64,000 nt of DNA from Octopus sinensis. Its lineage: Eukaryota. The notes under the pieces were generated by a model. That model saw only the letters and a list, made by a program, of their open reading frames with translations, was not told the DNA's origin and did not search any database. A program made the translations under genes and the position numbers. Where the stretch lies: positions 114,452,001 to 114,516,000 of the forward strand of contig NC_043001.1 of assembly GCF_006345805.1 (NCBI RefSeq), in the 5' to 3' direction. Positions 1 to 12,483 of this stretch are shown here, one piece after another (within the stretch, counting starts at the first letter, position 1; each line of letters opens with the position of its first letter).

Positions 1-599
1 AGTGGAGAATGTATATTTAGTTTAGCAGAGATGGATTCACACGCACAAACACAAATCTCATAAATACAAACATAATGAAAACTCTAACATGCATGTCAGC
101 AAACAAACAATCACACCCATGCATACAAACGAACAAAAATGTACACATACAAACACTCAGACACAATTACGCATGCGCTGGTAGGAGCAATCACGTCCAC
201 ACAAACAAACACCACTCACAGTAAACAGAGTTGTGTACAGAATTGGCAAATAACGAATATACAAACAAAAAAAATATTATTATCCTTATACAACACTACA
301 AATAATGTTTTTTTTTAATTGCTTCCAAGATGGCATATTTTACGAAAATAAATATGAATGAAAAAATGGTTTGCTCATGTAAACGAATATATCTGAAACA
401 AAGCAATGTAGTCTATAATTAAATCGAATAAATTTAATATTTTAGTTATATATTCGTGTGTGTGTTTGCGGGGTCGCGTGTGTGAATGTGAGTTTTGTAT
501 TATATCTCTTTACATATACAAATATGCATGTCACTTACGTACAAGGCCAGTTTATGGGGTTACCTTAAGTTTCAAGACCATAAAGGGCTTGGCTTTATG

Positions 600-1100
600 G
601 CGTATTATCAGATCCCAAAAACTGTTGGCTAAATGCCTCTCTAGTGAGAGGTGGGGATATTCTTTTTACCAAAGAACGAACCGATATAATTTGACGTCCC
701 TTAATTTGCTTTGCAATGATGTATCAGAGTACAACTTTCTCTCTCACTCTTACATTAATAGTGTTCCAGCGAGAAGTTTGTTGTACGAAGCATAATCTAT
801 GTAGCGATGGTGTGATAGGTGTCAATAGAAACAATGTACGGTAGTCCTACGACAACACCATAATAATAGCTATATAGACAATCCGTATTCACATAATTTC
901 AGAAATAATAGCCTCTATAAGGACAATATTTTAAAGAGCCTAGTTAAACATTCTTCAGATTCGAATAATGAGTAGATTCTATTTAAAGATTCATCTTATT
1001 TAAACAACGAATATATTTACCAACAAATATCTATTTATCAGGTTCAGGATAAATAGCTTTAATTATTTGATTATTTCTAATCAATTCATTAATTAAAATT
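600..1100 (+). pseudogene. Possible highly decayed Penelope-like GIY-YIG endonuclease remnant
   Basis: Frameshifted translation near 795-860 gives IIYVAM-x-CDRCQ*K, resembling the PLE N-x-I-Y-x-x-x-C-x-x-C-x-x-x-Y-x-G motif; near 1025-1060 NKYLFIRF resembles the C-terminal KE-x-x-FI motif. Many stops and frameshifts. Confidence 0.25.
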
Positions 1101-1430
1101 ATTGATTACGAGACTATGTTTCACAATATGAACCATGTTTGGTTATTAACTCATCTCAGTTGATACCAGAAAGACGAGTCTTTTTATAAGGATTTATTTG
1201 CTTACAACACGTGGCTGGTTTCAGCTAGATGATATACCGCATCGATTATATTATATAAAGCGTCTTCTCAGTAAGCATTCTCTTCATTCTTTTCCTCTTT
1301 AATAGGTGGCTTGCTTATATCCAGCTTTATGAATATACTTACATACATTGAAACATAAATACATTCAAACTTTTATGTATATCTATGTGTGTGTATGCGT
1401 GCGTATGTATATATATGTATGCATGTATAT

Positions 1431-1900
1431 GTCAGGTCACTTTCGAGTACTACTGGTAACATGTAACCCAGTACAACCTGTTGCATGGTCGGGACGTCGG
1501 TGATTAAACTGGCAACCCCACCAAGCTTGCTTGGTGAGGAGGGTGTTTATTGGACACCCTGCGGGATGAAAAACAAAACCCGTCAAAGGGCGGAAGAACT
1601 CTTGAGAGTCAACGGCCATCCAAAAATGTCTTAAGGCTGTATCATGCGCAGAGACATAGAAATAATCGGACTGAATACCCGATCGCGCGGTTAAACCATT
1701 GGGAGTGAAGGACTCCTAGCCTTTGTGAGGGCATCCTTCTAAAAGAAGGTAACTCAGGTAACTCGGATAACTCCGACAAAAAACTGCGGTTTAGTGGTTA
1801 CCGATGATGTTGACTTGTTCGGATTATGGATGCTGTTGCTTAGTGAGTGGGATTCACTCAGTGCACAGCTTTCCTCACTTTAAAAAATCTTCTTGCACAG
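1431..1900 (+). mobile_element. RTE-type LINE 5' leader (non-coding), copy 1
   Basis: Contains AGCCTTTGTGAGGGCATCCTTCTAAAAGAAGGTAACTC (~1718-1757), resembling the RTE 5'UTR motif GGCAACC..TAGGAGAAGGAAAACTC. Homologous to 2005-2370. Several hairpins. Confidence 0.55.
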
Positions 1901-2004
1901 GCATTGCACGATAACAACATTGATTAAGCTTCGTGCAATGGCCATACTTGATAACGAGGGGGCAGCCACCATGCATGTATATATGTATGTATGTATGTTA
2001 TCTG

Positions 2005-2370
2005 AAGTCGCTCTTGGGCGCTACTGGTATCTTGTAACCCAGTACAACCTATTCCATGGTCAGGTCGTCGGCGACAAAATTGGAAACCCCATCAAACACG
2101 CTTGGTGAAGAGGGCAATCGTTGGACACTCTGCATGACGAAAAACTAGATTTTTCAAAGGGTGGAAGAGCTCATGAACAGTCGATGTCAATCCAACCATA
2201 TCTGTACATGTGGTACATGTGTATATATGCATGTCTGTATGCGCGGAGACGTGGAAATACCTGGATTGGTGTCCAGGCGCGCGATTGACCCCCTGAGAGT
2301 GGGAGGCCCCTCTGTGGTTGTCATAACATCTCTCTAGGAGACAAAAATTCTGAGAGAAACTCTGTGACAC
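2005..2370 (+). mobile_element. RTE-type LINE 5' leader, diverged tandem copy 2
   Basis: 2007-2190 aligns with 1436-1622 (CTACTGGTA..GTAACCCAGTACAACCT, GCTTGGTGA.GAGGG, TCAAAGGG.GGAAGA.CTC). CTCTAGGAGACAAAAATTCTGA near 2332-2353 matches the RTE motif. Confidence 0.5.
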
Positions 2371-3554
2371 TTACAATATTCGATGTTGTAGACTAGTTTT
2401 TCTTTTCGATTATATGTTGTCCATGTTCAGAAAGTGTGATTGGGTTTGTGCAAATCCTTTACCCCACTATAACAAATCATCATGCACATGCATCGCTTGA
2501 ATAAATGTAAGCCCTATCACAACAATGGTTGATTGTAGCCTTCGCATGCGTGGGGCTTTCGACTAGGCGATGGCAATACTCGAACACGAGTTTGCAACCA
2601 TCATGTATGTATGCATTTGTTTGAAGTATCGATTTACATGTTCGTGTGTTATTGAACGTAGCAAAATGTGTCGATGCAGGAATAGTCGTCCCGAGTGAAA
2701 ATTCTCGCCTTAGACTTATGTTTGTACTCATTATGTTTTGGACTGTGGGCAACGTCATTAGATTGTAGGATTGTTTCTCTTGGTCAGTCACTAGCAATCC
2801 GTTAAGCATAGAATTTTACATATGAAACAATGCAAACAAAATACGTGTTGAAATCCATATCACTTCATCACAAATTAAATAATTAATGAAGCACGAAAGA
2901 GCTTCGAATGAAATATTGAAACATATTCGTGTGAAATCATGTCTAAGAGGATTGAATGTAATCGGATTTGGCAAAACTTACCGCTTGAAGGATATTCTCA
3001 GGAGAAAATTCACCACGAACCAAAATATTAAGGCATTTCAGACACACGCCCACTTTAGAATTCGAATTAGGAATTTGTACAAATAGAATCAAACAAGTTT
3101 TTAAATCGTATTGGCACGTTTACCTAGATGAATTTAGGAAAACTAAATGGAAGAATCACTTGGGTGCCATTTGGAAAGACTTTCGGTATTCAATCTGGCC
3201 CCTTGGCCAAATAAATTACTGGATTATTATTAGGATTTATTCCTTTTTGTTTCCCTGGATAGTATTTATAATTACAAAATATAGCCCCTCAGGTGTGTCA
3301 TGCTGATTTGGCGAGAAACTGGCGCAAACTTCTGGTGTATGTGGAATACCCAGACATATACAAGTCAATATCACGAGTAGTAATTCAGTTGGTCTTACAA
3401 CTGAATACTCATTGTCGAAAGCGACGGAGAATCTGGCACTAACTTAGTTACAAAGATGTTTGAAAAAATATCAATACTCCGAAGTGGAAATGATGTTAAA
3501 TACAGTATGTACTTACTAAGCCTGTACACGCAGAAACATGTTTTCCTAAATATA

Positions 3555-4071
3555 TTAGGTTGAGGAAAAAGTTCGTGCACTGTGTTAAAATAATACTTTT
3601 TTATATATATTTTTGTGGTGTGTGTGTTCATTCAGTTCATGTCATGCTCACTGGTGACTCACTGTGTTCGTCGAAAACGCTCTTTGTTTCAACAAGACAA
3701 TGCAAAGCTGCATACCGCCAGAATGACCAACAACAAGATTGAAGAATTGGACGGTCTGGAAGATCTGTCACATCCATCCTATAGTCCAGACGTTGCTCCA
3801 TCTGACTACGGTCTCTTCCGATTAATGCAGCACTTTATGAGAGGTCACCGATTTGAGTCATTCGATGAAGTTGAAGACGTCTGTCAAAAAGTTTTCAATT
3901 CAAAGCCAAAGTATTGGTACTTTGACTAAATCCAGAAGATTTCAGATCGCTGGCAGAATGTTGTGGAAAATGATGGTCTTTATTTTGAAGAATACTTGTT
4001 GTGTTTGATAAATTCTTGCATATCAAAAAACATTATTTTAACAAGGTGCAAGAACTTTATCCTCAACCTCG
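3555..4071 (+). mobile_element. Internally deleted mariner (DD34D) DNA transposon
   Basis: ~40-bp TIRs (TTAGGTTGAGGAAAAAGTTCGTGCAC.. at 3555; ..GTGCAAGAACTTTATCCTCAACCT at 4046-4069), TA on the left. Transposase C-terminus LFQQDNAKLHTA...HPSYSPDVAPSDYGLF in ORF 3615-3929. Confidence 0.9.
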
Positions 4072-5054
4072 AAAATCATTATTGTTTACCTAAGAAACAA
4101 ATGTTTTCGTGTTTGTCTCAAAGTTTAAATTAAAGGAAAATCTCCTTTGTAGAGACTGTATCATATCCCGTAATTAAAGTTTACTGTTATTGAGTTATGT
4201 ACCTTCATAACTTTAATTCAAACACTAATATTTTCAAATCTAACCGTAAAACCACGCACGTCTGTAAACCGGAATAACATTCAAAGCAAGGTGTTGATGT
4301 AAAACTTTGTTCTGCTGTGTATATTATACATTATTTTAATTTTTATTTATTTTTTTGTACATAACGCAATTATGAACACAATTTTGATCATTGCGTCCAT
4401 CAATATTATCGCCGTCGTCGTCGTCGTTGTCGTCATCATCATCATCCGCTTCATCATCATCATTATCATCATCATCCAGTTTCATTCTGCCATTATATTA
4501 CAGTTCCTGTGTTTTGTTGTATTTTTTTTTAATCTGTGAGCTGCGATATGGAGATATTTTTTTTAAAGAAAGGGAAAGAAATATCTTTTTAAAATAATAC
4601 AGAAAAAAAAATTATAACACGAAACATTTAAATAATAAAAATAACATTACAGTAATCCCCTAAATCTATAAAACCAAAATAAATAAATAAATAATTGAGA
4701 AATCTGCTGTGAATGTAATTTTGTGGATTATTTGTTATTTAGAGACATAATTGTGAACAGGGAGATTGTGATTGAGTTAAACAATGAAATAAGAAAAATG
4801 GAAACAAAGAAAGAAAAGCTGCAAAACAAAACAACAACAATGATAATGCATGTGTAACTCATTTGTTCCATCGCCACTACTACGACTACTACTACCACCA
4901 CCACTACTACTACCACCAACACCAACACCCGTACCAGTACCATACCACAATCAGTAACAACACCGCCATCATCACGCAATGCACTATCACCACCACCACC
5001 ACCACTACCACTATCACAACCAACACCATTATTAATAACAACACTAACTCTGTG

Positions 5055-5217
5055 TCTATATCGCAAGAATCTTGCTTCCCAACCATATTCTTCCGAGTTC
5101 AGTACCACAGCGTGGTACCTTGGGGGATGTCTTCTACTTTTGCCTCTCGTCAACCAAAGCTGTGTGAGTGGATTTGGTAGATAGAAACTGAAAGAAGCCT
5201 GTCGTGTTTATATATAT

Positions 5218-5263
<46 letters not shown>

Positions 5264-5465
5264 TATACATACATACATATGTATGCGTGTGTATGTGTTG
5301 TGCCGACCACCACCGCTTGACAACCGCTTTTTGTGTACCTGTGTTACCTGGAAATTAGCGGTTCCACAAAAGAGAAAAATAGAATAAATACGAGGCTTAA
5401 ACAAGTGAATTCGACTTCAATTACAAGGCGGTGCCCCAGCATGGCCGCAGTCTAATCACTGAAAC
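5055..5465 (+). mobile_element. tRNA-derived SINE with CORE-like domain and internal (TA)n (family O), 5'-decayed
   Basis: Aligns with 19607-20020 and 42101-42515; 3' tail GGCGGTGCCCCAGCATGGCCGCAGTCTAATCACTGAAAC. Confidence 0.75.
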
Positions 5466-5669
5466 ATGTTAAAATATAAAAGATAAACATCAGTACAGCG
5501 ACAACGATTACCTCATTGATCAACAATAACAATAACACGAACATCAGCACCGTCATTACACTGCTAGTGCTACTACCACGACACCACCACGACTGCAACC
5601 AGAGCCTCCCACAAATATCACCAGCATCCCGATGACCAACACGAAAAGCATCCAACCATACTCACCTTC

Positions 5670-6260
5670 CTAGGGTAGTCATGTACCAGAATCGTTAGCA
5701 CGCTAGGCAAAATGCTTAGAGATATCTCGTCCGCTCCGTGTTCAAATAAAAGGCACAGTCGACTTCGGCGAAATTTGAACTCAGTACTCAACTGATACTT
5801 ATTTTATAGATCCCGAAAGAATGGAAGGAGATGTTGATGTAATCGTCTCTCGAAATCGATGAAATAAGAACCAGTTGAGTACTGAGTGTTGAAATTCCGT
5901 CGAAGATGACTTCGCCTTCCATTCAATCGGAGTCGATAAATTAAGTACCCGTAAAACTCTGGTTGATGTAATCGACTAATTCCCTGCCCGAGATCGCTAG
6001 CTTTGTGCGAAAATTTGAAATTGATATTTTATCATTCGTCAGGGTGGTGAGCTGATGAAATTTTCATCACGCTGGGCAAAAATGTCTAGCAGCATTTCGT
6101 CCGTCCTTACGTTCTGAGTTCAAATTACGCCGAGGTTGGCTTTGGCTTTCATATTTTCTGGATTGCTAAAATAAGTACCATTTCAGTCCTGGGGGCGATA
6201 TAAACGACAATACCCCGCTCCGGAAATTACTGGTATTGTGCCAAAATTAGAAACCAATAC
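5670..6260 (+). mobile_element. Cluster of rearranged Nin/Deu-domain SINE fragments (family N)
   Basis: Pieces of AGAATCGTTAGCACG..GGCAAAATGCTTAG, GTTCTGAGTTCAAATT..GCCGAGG and GTCGATAAATTAAGTACC. An internal inversion pairs ~5758-5810 with ~5860-5915. Confidence 0.6.
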
Positions 6261-6446
6261 CGTCATCATTCATCACAACAACATTTAAATACCACCATCA
6301 TTATTGTAAACACAACTACATCCTCATTGACACCTCATCGATACCACCACCACCACAATTACCATCATCGTCATCATCATCATCAACATCCTCGTCATTA
6401 TAATAATAAGCATAATAGTCATCATTATAACTATTATTACAACGAG

Positions 6447-6825
6447 AGCAAGCGTGGCTGCGTGGTAAGAAGTTTTCTCCCCAACCACATATTTTCAGAT
6501 TTGAGTTCCACTGCTTGGAAGTTGGGACAAATGTGTTCTACTATAGCATTGGGCCAATCATATCCTTCTGAGGGGTAAGCAGAAACTGAAAGAAACCCGT
6601 CGTGGGTGCGTGTGTGTGTGTGTATGTGTGTCTATGTTTGTATTTGTCCCCCCATCACCGCTTGATAACCGGTGTTGGTGCGCTTACGTTCCCGTAACCC
6701 TCTCGGCTCGGCAAAAGGGACAGAGTACAAGGCTCATGAAATAAGTCTTAGGGTCGATTTGTTCGACTAAAAACCTTTCAAAGCGGGGCTTCAGCGTGGC
6801 TGCAGTGAAATGACAGAAACAAATA
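6447..6825 (+). mobile_element. tRNA-derived SINE, family O (CORE-like)
   Basis: Head GTGGCTGCGTGGTAAGAAG; body AGAAACTGAAAGAAACCCGTCG-(TG)n; tail GGTCGATTTGTTCGACTAAA..GCAGTGAAATGACAGAAAC. Confidence 0.7.
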
Positions 6826-7093
6826 AAAAATATAATAGCACAATACAGACAGCGGCGCACGGCAGCATCACCACCGCTATTACTACCACCACCATTAAAA
6901 ACTGCACCACCATAACCAGCTGTATCATCACCATGACAACAATCACAGTGACCCCACCATCACCACTACCATCATCGACGCCACTGTCATAAGCAACGAT
7001 CACCGCACATAACACTGCCACAACAACCGCAATGATAGCTGCCCGTCACCATCCTCGCCATCAAAATCAACACCACCATCACATTAACATTAT

Positions 7094-7392
7094 CTGAGAC
7101 CTACTTCAGTCACGACACAGACCATGGGATTGCACCTAGAAAGTTACCCTCCCTGGCACAAGTCCGGGCAAGGCTGTTTATGGAAGACCAGCAGTGTTAT
7201 CCAAGGGAAAGGCAAAGGCCGATACAGCTTGGCACCTGTGACGTCACAACTCATTTCTACAGCTGAGTGAACTGGAACCACGTGAAATAAAGTGTCTTGC
7301 TCAAGAACACAATATGCAGCCCGGTCCGGGATACGAGCTCACAACCTCACGATCGTAAGCTCGACGCTCTACCCACTGAGCCATGCACCTTC
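7094..7392 (-). mobile_element. tRNA-derived SINE, head B plus tail 3
   Basis: Minus-strand A box TGGCTCAGTGG and central TGTGTTCTTGAGCAAGACACTTTA. Flanking direct repeat TCACATTAACATTAT at 7079-7093 and 7391-7405 (TSD). Confidence 0.85.
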
Positions 7393-8154
7393 ACATTAAC
7401 ATTATAACTACTACTATCAACAACACCCACCACCACCACCAACAACAACAACAACAGCAACACTATCTTCACCATCATCTCCATCAACACCACCGCCATC
7501 AACAACATTAGCAATAACATCTACCAATACCACCACTACGACAACGAAGACAACCATCGACCACCACCACCATCAAAATTGCCTTCGCCGCTGCCAATAA
7601 CTGTGGAACAATAACAAAAGCAACAAGATATTAATGGAAATAATGGAAGGAACGTTAATTAAAATGAAAGTATCAAAAGATAGATAAACAAGAGCACAAT
7701 TTCTATAAATCACGCTACAAAATTTCAATGACCTTTAGAATTCAATATCGTGTCAAATCTTGAAATTCAGTATCGAATAGAAGGTATGAAGTGTGTGATA
7801 TGCGTACGTGTGAGTCGGTAGATGGGGCGGTAGGTATGAAATCTAGTGGAGGATATTATTTTTTTATTTTTTTTTAATTATTTTTAGTTTATATGTTTCC
7901 TCTTTTATAGTTGTTTTATTTTTATTTTCCTCCCTCAAACAAAATAATCGATATATCCTGATTGGAAAGCTATTGGTAAGATTATTGTACTTTATCAGCT
8001 GATAATAGATAGTAGGAGACAATGAAAGAAACTTAAACCACCACTACTACTTCTATTACTACTGCTGCTATTACTACTACTAGTTATGATGATGAAGATG
8101 ATGATGATGATGATGATGATAGTAATGACAACAATAACAACAACAACAATAATA

Positions 8155-8783
8155 CTATATGGAAAGAATGTGCCCGAAAAATGTAGAGCTGTGTAACTTG
8201 GAAGGAGACAGTGGCACACTACAAGTGCGCACAGGAAGAATACAAGAAATGGGGGCACGTCCAGGTTGTGCCAGAATTGGAGATTTGAAGCTGGAAACAC
8301 ATGGTACAATCACCGAGTCGAAAGAGTAGTAGAATCGAAGGAATGTAAGAATTTGTGGGACATTCCTATTCAAACGGACATGAAGTTAGAAAATAACAGA
8401 CCGCATATAAAAATTAGAGATAAGGAAAAGCTACTGCTTTCTTATCGATTCATCATGTCCGTTTGATTCCAGGATCAAATTCAATTCCTTAAAATTTGAA
8501 ATAGGAAGAACTGGGAGCATGCGAACAGTAATAGTCGAGCCTAAAAAATAATTAGTGCGTTGGGAACAGAAGGCAAAGATATAGACAAATGGCTAAAGGA
8601 GATTTAAGTAGTATGCCCGGTAGAGGTCCCATAAAAAGGTTGTCTCACAAGGACAACAAGGAATATCAGCAGGGTTCTAAGGACTTGAAACACGGATGAA
8701 ATCTTGTGGATACCTAAGGTTACAGTCAGTAATATGCTGCCCACATAAATTCTACAAGGAAGAAGGCCGAACTTGAGTTAAAC

Positions 8784-8785
<2 letters not shown>
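8155..8785 (+). mobile_element. R4/Dong-clade non-LTR retrotransposon, 5'-truncated 3' end (RLE domain, decayed)
   Basis: WYNHRVERVVESKECKNLWDIPIQTDMKLENNRPHIKIRDKE (ORF 8266-8466); followed directly by (TAA)n at 8786-8845. Confidence 0.85.
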
Positions 8786-8832
<47 letters not shown>

Positions 8833-8845
8833 TAATAATAATAAT

Positions 8846-9852
8846 ACATGTGATCACGCTAGAACAATAAGAAAAAATCATTGGTTCACAGAAGTAGAGC
8901 TCGAAGCTATCAAAGACCGGGTATTGGAAAACAGCAGCAGGGGAAACAATGTAAATACAGTTCCAACTGATAAAAGTAATCTCATAGCAGAACACAGAGC
9001 TGAACTCTCTAATAAACCACATGAAAGTAACAGTGATAGCTTGCTTGATGAGAGACATATAGATGGTTTAGAAGAAGACGATAAAACTAATGGTGACATG
9101 ACAGATGTGCAAAAGGCAATCTACGACAGAATAAAGGTAAGGCTAAAGGAGAACGATAGCGACATTATTTGCAACCTTAAAAATGTTAATCCGTGGAAAT
9201 TGAACCAAGAAACGAAAAATGTCAATGAAATTCTGAAATACATCAGAAAAAAAGGCATCACAGAAACAAATAATTTGATCAAGGCAGCAATTATTGTTGT
9301 AGCAGAAACTGGTGATGTCAAGAAAAAGAAATATAATAGGAGTGAAAAAAGTAAAGATCCATGATGGAAAAGAGGAATAAAGGCGTGGATAAAATATGCT
9401 CTCGAAGTACATTTCTGTGTTAGATCGAAAGGAAATGGGGAGCTTAAAAACGAACAAAACTACAGAGTACTGAGCAGGAAGTATAATATTGAAAGAAAGG
9501 GCCTGAAAGTGGTAATGGAGGAACTGAAACAGCGACTCGTTGCAAAGAAAGAAAAGATGGTAAGATACGACTAAGGAATGAGTTACCGAGATACGACCAG
9601 AATAAGTTATCGGGAGTAGATCAGAAATGATTCTACAAAGAAATATATGGAGAGTGTACAGATGAAAATTTGATACCAGATAACATTGAAAGTCAAAGGT
9701 CTTAGAGTAACATCGCGAGCAAAGGCAAACAATGCAAGAAGTATGTTGAATGGTTGCAAGAACTGAAACAAACAGCAGTCTTTTCAAAACAGGCAGAACT
9801 TGTCATTTCAGTTACGGGAGTGAAGTAAATCAGCAAACAAATGGGCAACTGT
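8846..9852 (+). mobile_element. R4/Dong-clade LINE, N-terminal ORF fragment
   Basis: ETKNVNEILKYI...ITETNNLIKAAIIVVAE...KDP*WKR; homologous to the reverse complement of ~46190-47095; 5' end abuts (TAA)n. Confidence 0.85.
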
Positions 9853-9924
9853 CTCTAACTATAATATTTTATTTGCCGTTAACTGCACCCTCGCTTAATG
9901 TATGCTGAATGATACCACCCTCAC

Positions 9925-9961
9925 TACTGCTACTGCTGCTGCTGCCACTACTACTACTACA

Positions 9962-9999
<38 letters not shown>

Positions 10000-10008
10000 A
10001 ACTGATGG

Positions 10009-10055
<47 letters not shown>

Positions 10056-10070
10056 GTGATGAGGATGATG
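9925..10070. repeat. Compound (CTG)/(CTA)/(GAT) microsatellite
   Basis: Direct reading; the source of the poly-T/D/L/M/S/V ORFs at 9869-10198. Confidence 0.95.
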
Positions 10071-10559
10071 CACCCACTAATCTTAATATCAATATCATTG
10101 ATTCCCATTCACAAATTTGGTGGACGGTTGCAGTATTTGAACAACCCTTATTCTATTGGTGCTCATTGAAATGGAATGCCAAGTCGCACTACTCTTGATT
10201 TATCCACATAAACAAAGCAAGATGTTGTGCAATATTCCATCCATTTCTGCCATTAACCCAACCAACCCGCATAAGTAAATTTTACCAGAGTTACACGACA
10301 GACATTATATCGAAAAACTGGTGTCAGTCGATTGAGCCCAGTACTTCTTATATTTTATCGACTCCTGAAAGAAGAAATGAATAGTTAACATCAGCAACAA
10401 AAGTCCCGCACAAAACAGCTTCAATACGCTCCGAAATTTTCAAAGACATGCTTCAATTTTCCTGAAATAAAATAACAGAAATTAAATAATGAAATAATGA
10501 TGAATACACACATACTTGCACATGATGGCAAAATTAACAATAATATTAATAATTACGGA

Positions 10560-10870
10560 GATGTACCTGCATAGCAAGTGATTTAATCTGAGATCGTGTG
10601 CTGAAACGAAAACAATTGCAGCGCGGAAGGTGTTTGTAAGCCATTTAAGAAACACACAAAAGCCGTTCGATTCACTTCAACATTTAAGTTTAATTTGTCA
10701 AAATATTTTCGTCGCTTTAAGACCGCGACCTGTTCACTGACAAAAATCTAGCACGGATCTTAAAGCGGCGAAAATATTTTGACAAATTAAACTTAAATGT
10801 TGAAGTGAATCGAACGGCTTTTGTGTGTTTCTTAAATGGCTTACAAACACCTTCCACGCTGCAATTGTTT
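10560..10870. mobile_element. Foldback / MITE-like element with 113-bp inverted arms
   Basis: 10610-10722 is the reverse complement of 10758-10870 with 2 mismatches; 35-bp spacer. Confidence 0.75.
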
Positions 10871-10879
10871 AATATTAAT

Positions 10880-11090
10880 AATCCTTTCTGCTAAAGGCAC
10901 AAGGCCAGAAATTTCGGGAGTTGGGGATTTTTCATTGACCCCAGTAGTTAACTGATATTTAATTTATCGACCCCGAAATGTTGAAAGGTAAAGTCGGTCT
11001 CGGCTATGTTGAACTCAGATCGTAAAGACGGATGAAATGCAGCTAAGCACCTTGACCGGCATGCTAACGACTACCAAGCTTACTGCTTTA
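10880..11090 (-). mobile_element. Nin/Deu-domain SINE (family N)
   Basis: Minus strand CTTTCAAC..TTCGGGGTCGATAAATTAAATATCAG; tail CCTTGTGCCTTTAGCAGAAAGGATT. Confidence 0.75.
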
Positions 11091-11114
11091 ATGATAGTTA
11101 TAATATTAATAACA

Positions 11115-11426
11115 ATTATTTTTTTTATTTATGCGCCCTTTTCAAACCTAGCGAAGCTCATGGGCCCGGTTACCCCGGCGTAAGTGTTCCCCCAGCTGGA
11201 CGGGTGCCAGTCCATCGCAGCGTTACTCAAGAAACAGGAAGAAAGAGTAAGAGAAAGTCGGGGCGAAAGAGTACAACAGGGGTCGCCACCACTCCCTGTC
11301 GGAGTGTCGTGGAGCTTTAGGTGTTTTCGCTCGATAAACACACACAACGCCCGGTCTGGGAATCGAAACCACGATCCTCCGACCGCGAGTCCGCTGACCT
11401 AACCACTGGGCCATTGCGCCTCCACC
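11115..11426 (-). mobile_element. tRNA-derived SINE, head A plus tail 2
   Basis: Head TGGCCCAGTGGTTAGG..GGTTTCGATTCCC shared with 31182-31568; TSD ATTAATAACA at 11105-11114 and 11427-11436. Confidence 0.85.
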
Positions 11427-12199
11427 ATTAATAACATGATATAAATGAAATGTCAAATGTTTTGGCGCGTCACTTTTGGCCCATCTTGTATAGTAAGATA
11501 GTTTGTCAATCTTTCTACCGATTCTACTAATAACAAATATTCATAATCGTAATGGGAATACGATCCCAGCTTAATCTATGTCTGGGAAATGTATATTCTA
11601 AACGCTTTAGTACACTAACTAACAAAAGCGAAAGTAAAAATTACGGAATACCTGAAAGATAAATGTGTAAGTATTACATTGATTTACTATGTAATTAATT
11701 ATCCTTTACCGCATGTAATTTGGGAATTACGTATCTTCAGATTCCGCTTGTAAACAAACTAAAATGAGCTGACCGATTCAGTCTGCATATAAACAAACAA
11801 ATAAAGCGAAACGTCAACAATGACTGAAGAATAACAGTGTAAGTGATATAATAATTTACTTTGAAATTCATTGATATTTACTCTATATAATTACTATACA
11901 AATTGCCGTAGTGCCCAGCTTCCAGAAACACCAGCAAATAAACTAATGAAGCGCTTGATAGATTTAGTCTAGTTGCAAACAAATGCGCATGTCACGTTCA
12001 TTTTAGTTCCGTCCATACACACAACAAAATAACTGTGCAAATAAAAACTGTATCGCTTAAGTCAAGATTAAAATATGAGAACTCTTACTTTTAAACTGAT
12101 ACATAAAAAGTATCAAAACTGGAGCGTGTAAAATATTCATAGCAGGAAACAATATAAAACGATACCCAATGAAAACTAGAAAAGTACTTGGAGAGGTAG

Positions 12200-12302
12200 A
12201 CCTCCGCCAAGCAGCACATTTCCATCCATATACACGCATGCTGAAAATCGCCCAATTTCCCAAAGCAACTCTGGTAAAAGCATAACCTCCTTGCCGGGGT
12301 TA
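12200..12302. mobile_element. Miniature copy of HINE/Helentron-like non-autonomous element
   Basis: Starts ACCTCCGCCAAGCAGC and ends CATAACCTCCTTGCCGGGGT, the same termini as 12484-12853. Confidence 0.45.
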
Positions 12303-12483
12303 AAAAGAAATAATACAGCCATATGATTTTTTTTTAAACCTTTAAAAACAGGAATCATCTGAAGCAGTTATAATACATCAATGACAACAGCAAGCTAGTT
12401 TCACAGCGACGTTGGAGGGAGCAAAAGCGTGAGAATTTTCAGTCGATCCCAATAGTCAAGGCTTTTCATATCATCCTCCGCAG

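Noticed and set aside
1436-1610. HDV-like or twister ribozyme assignment for the RTE leader
   Set aside because: P3/L3 and P1.1 could not be placed consistently and the twister L4 motif is absent; kept only as an unassigned structured-RNA candidate.
2480-2809. 109-aa minus ORF with Cys residues, possibly GIY-YIG-like
   Set aside because: Only a vague INHCCDRAYIY resemblance; insufficient to call.
3384-3426. Adjacent hairpins ATTCAGTTG/CAACTGAAT and GTCG-AAAG-CGAC
   Set aside because: Single copy, no recognisable ribozyme core or covariation.
3615-3929. Active or domesticated mariner transposase
   Set aside because: Element is only ~520 bp; the DNA-binding domain and first catalytic Asp are missing and the frame stops early.
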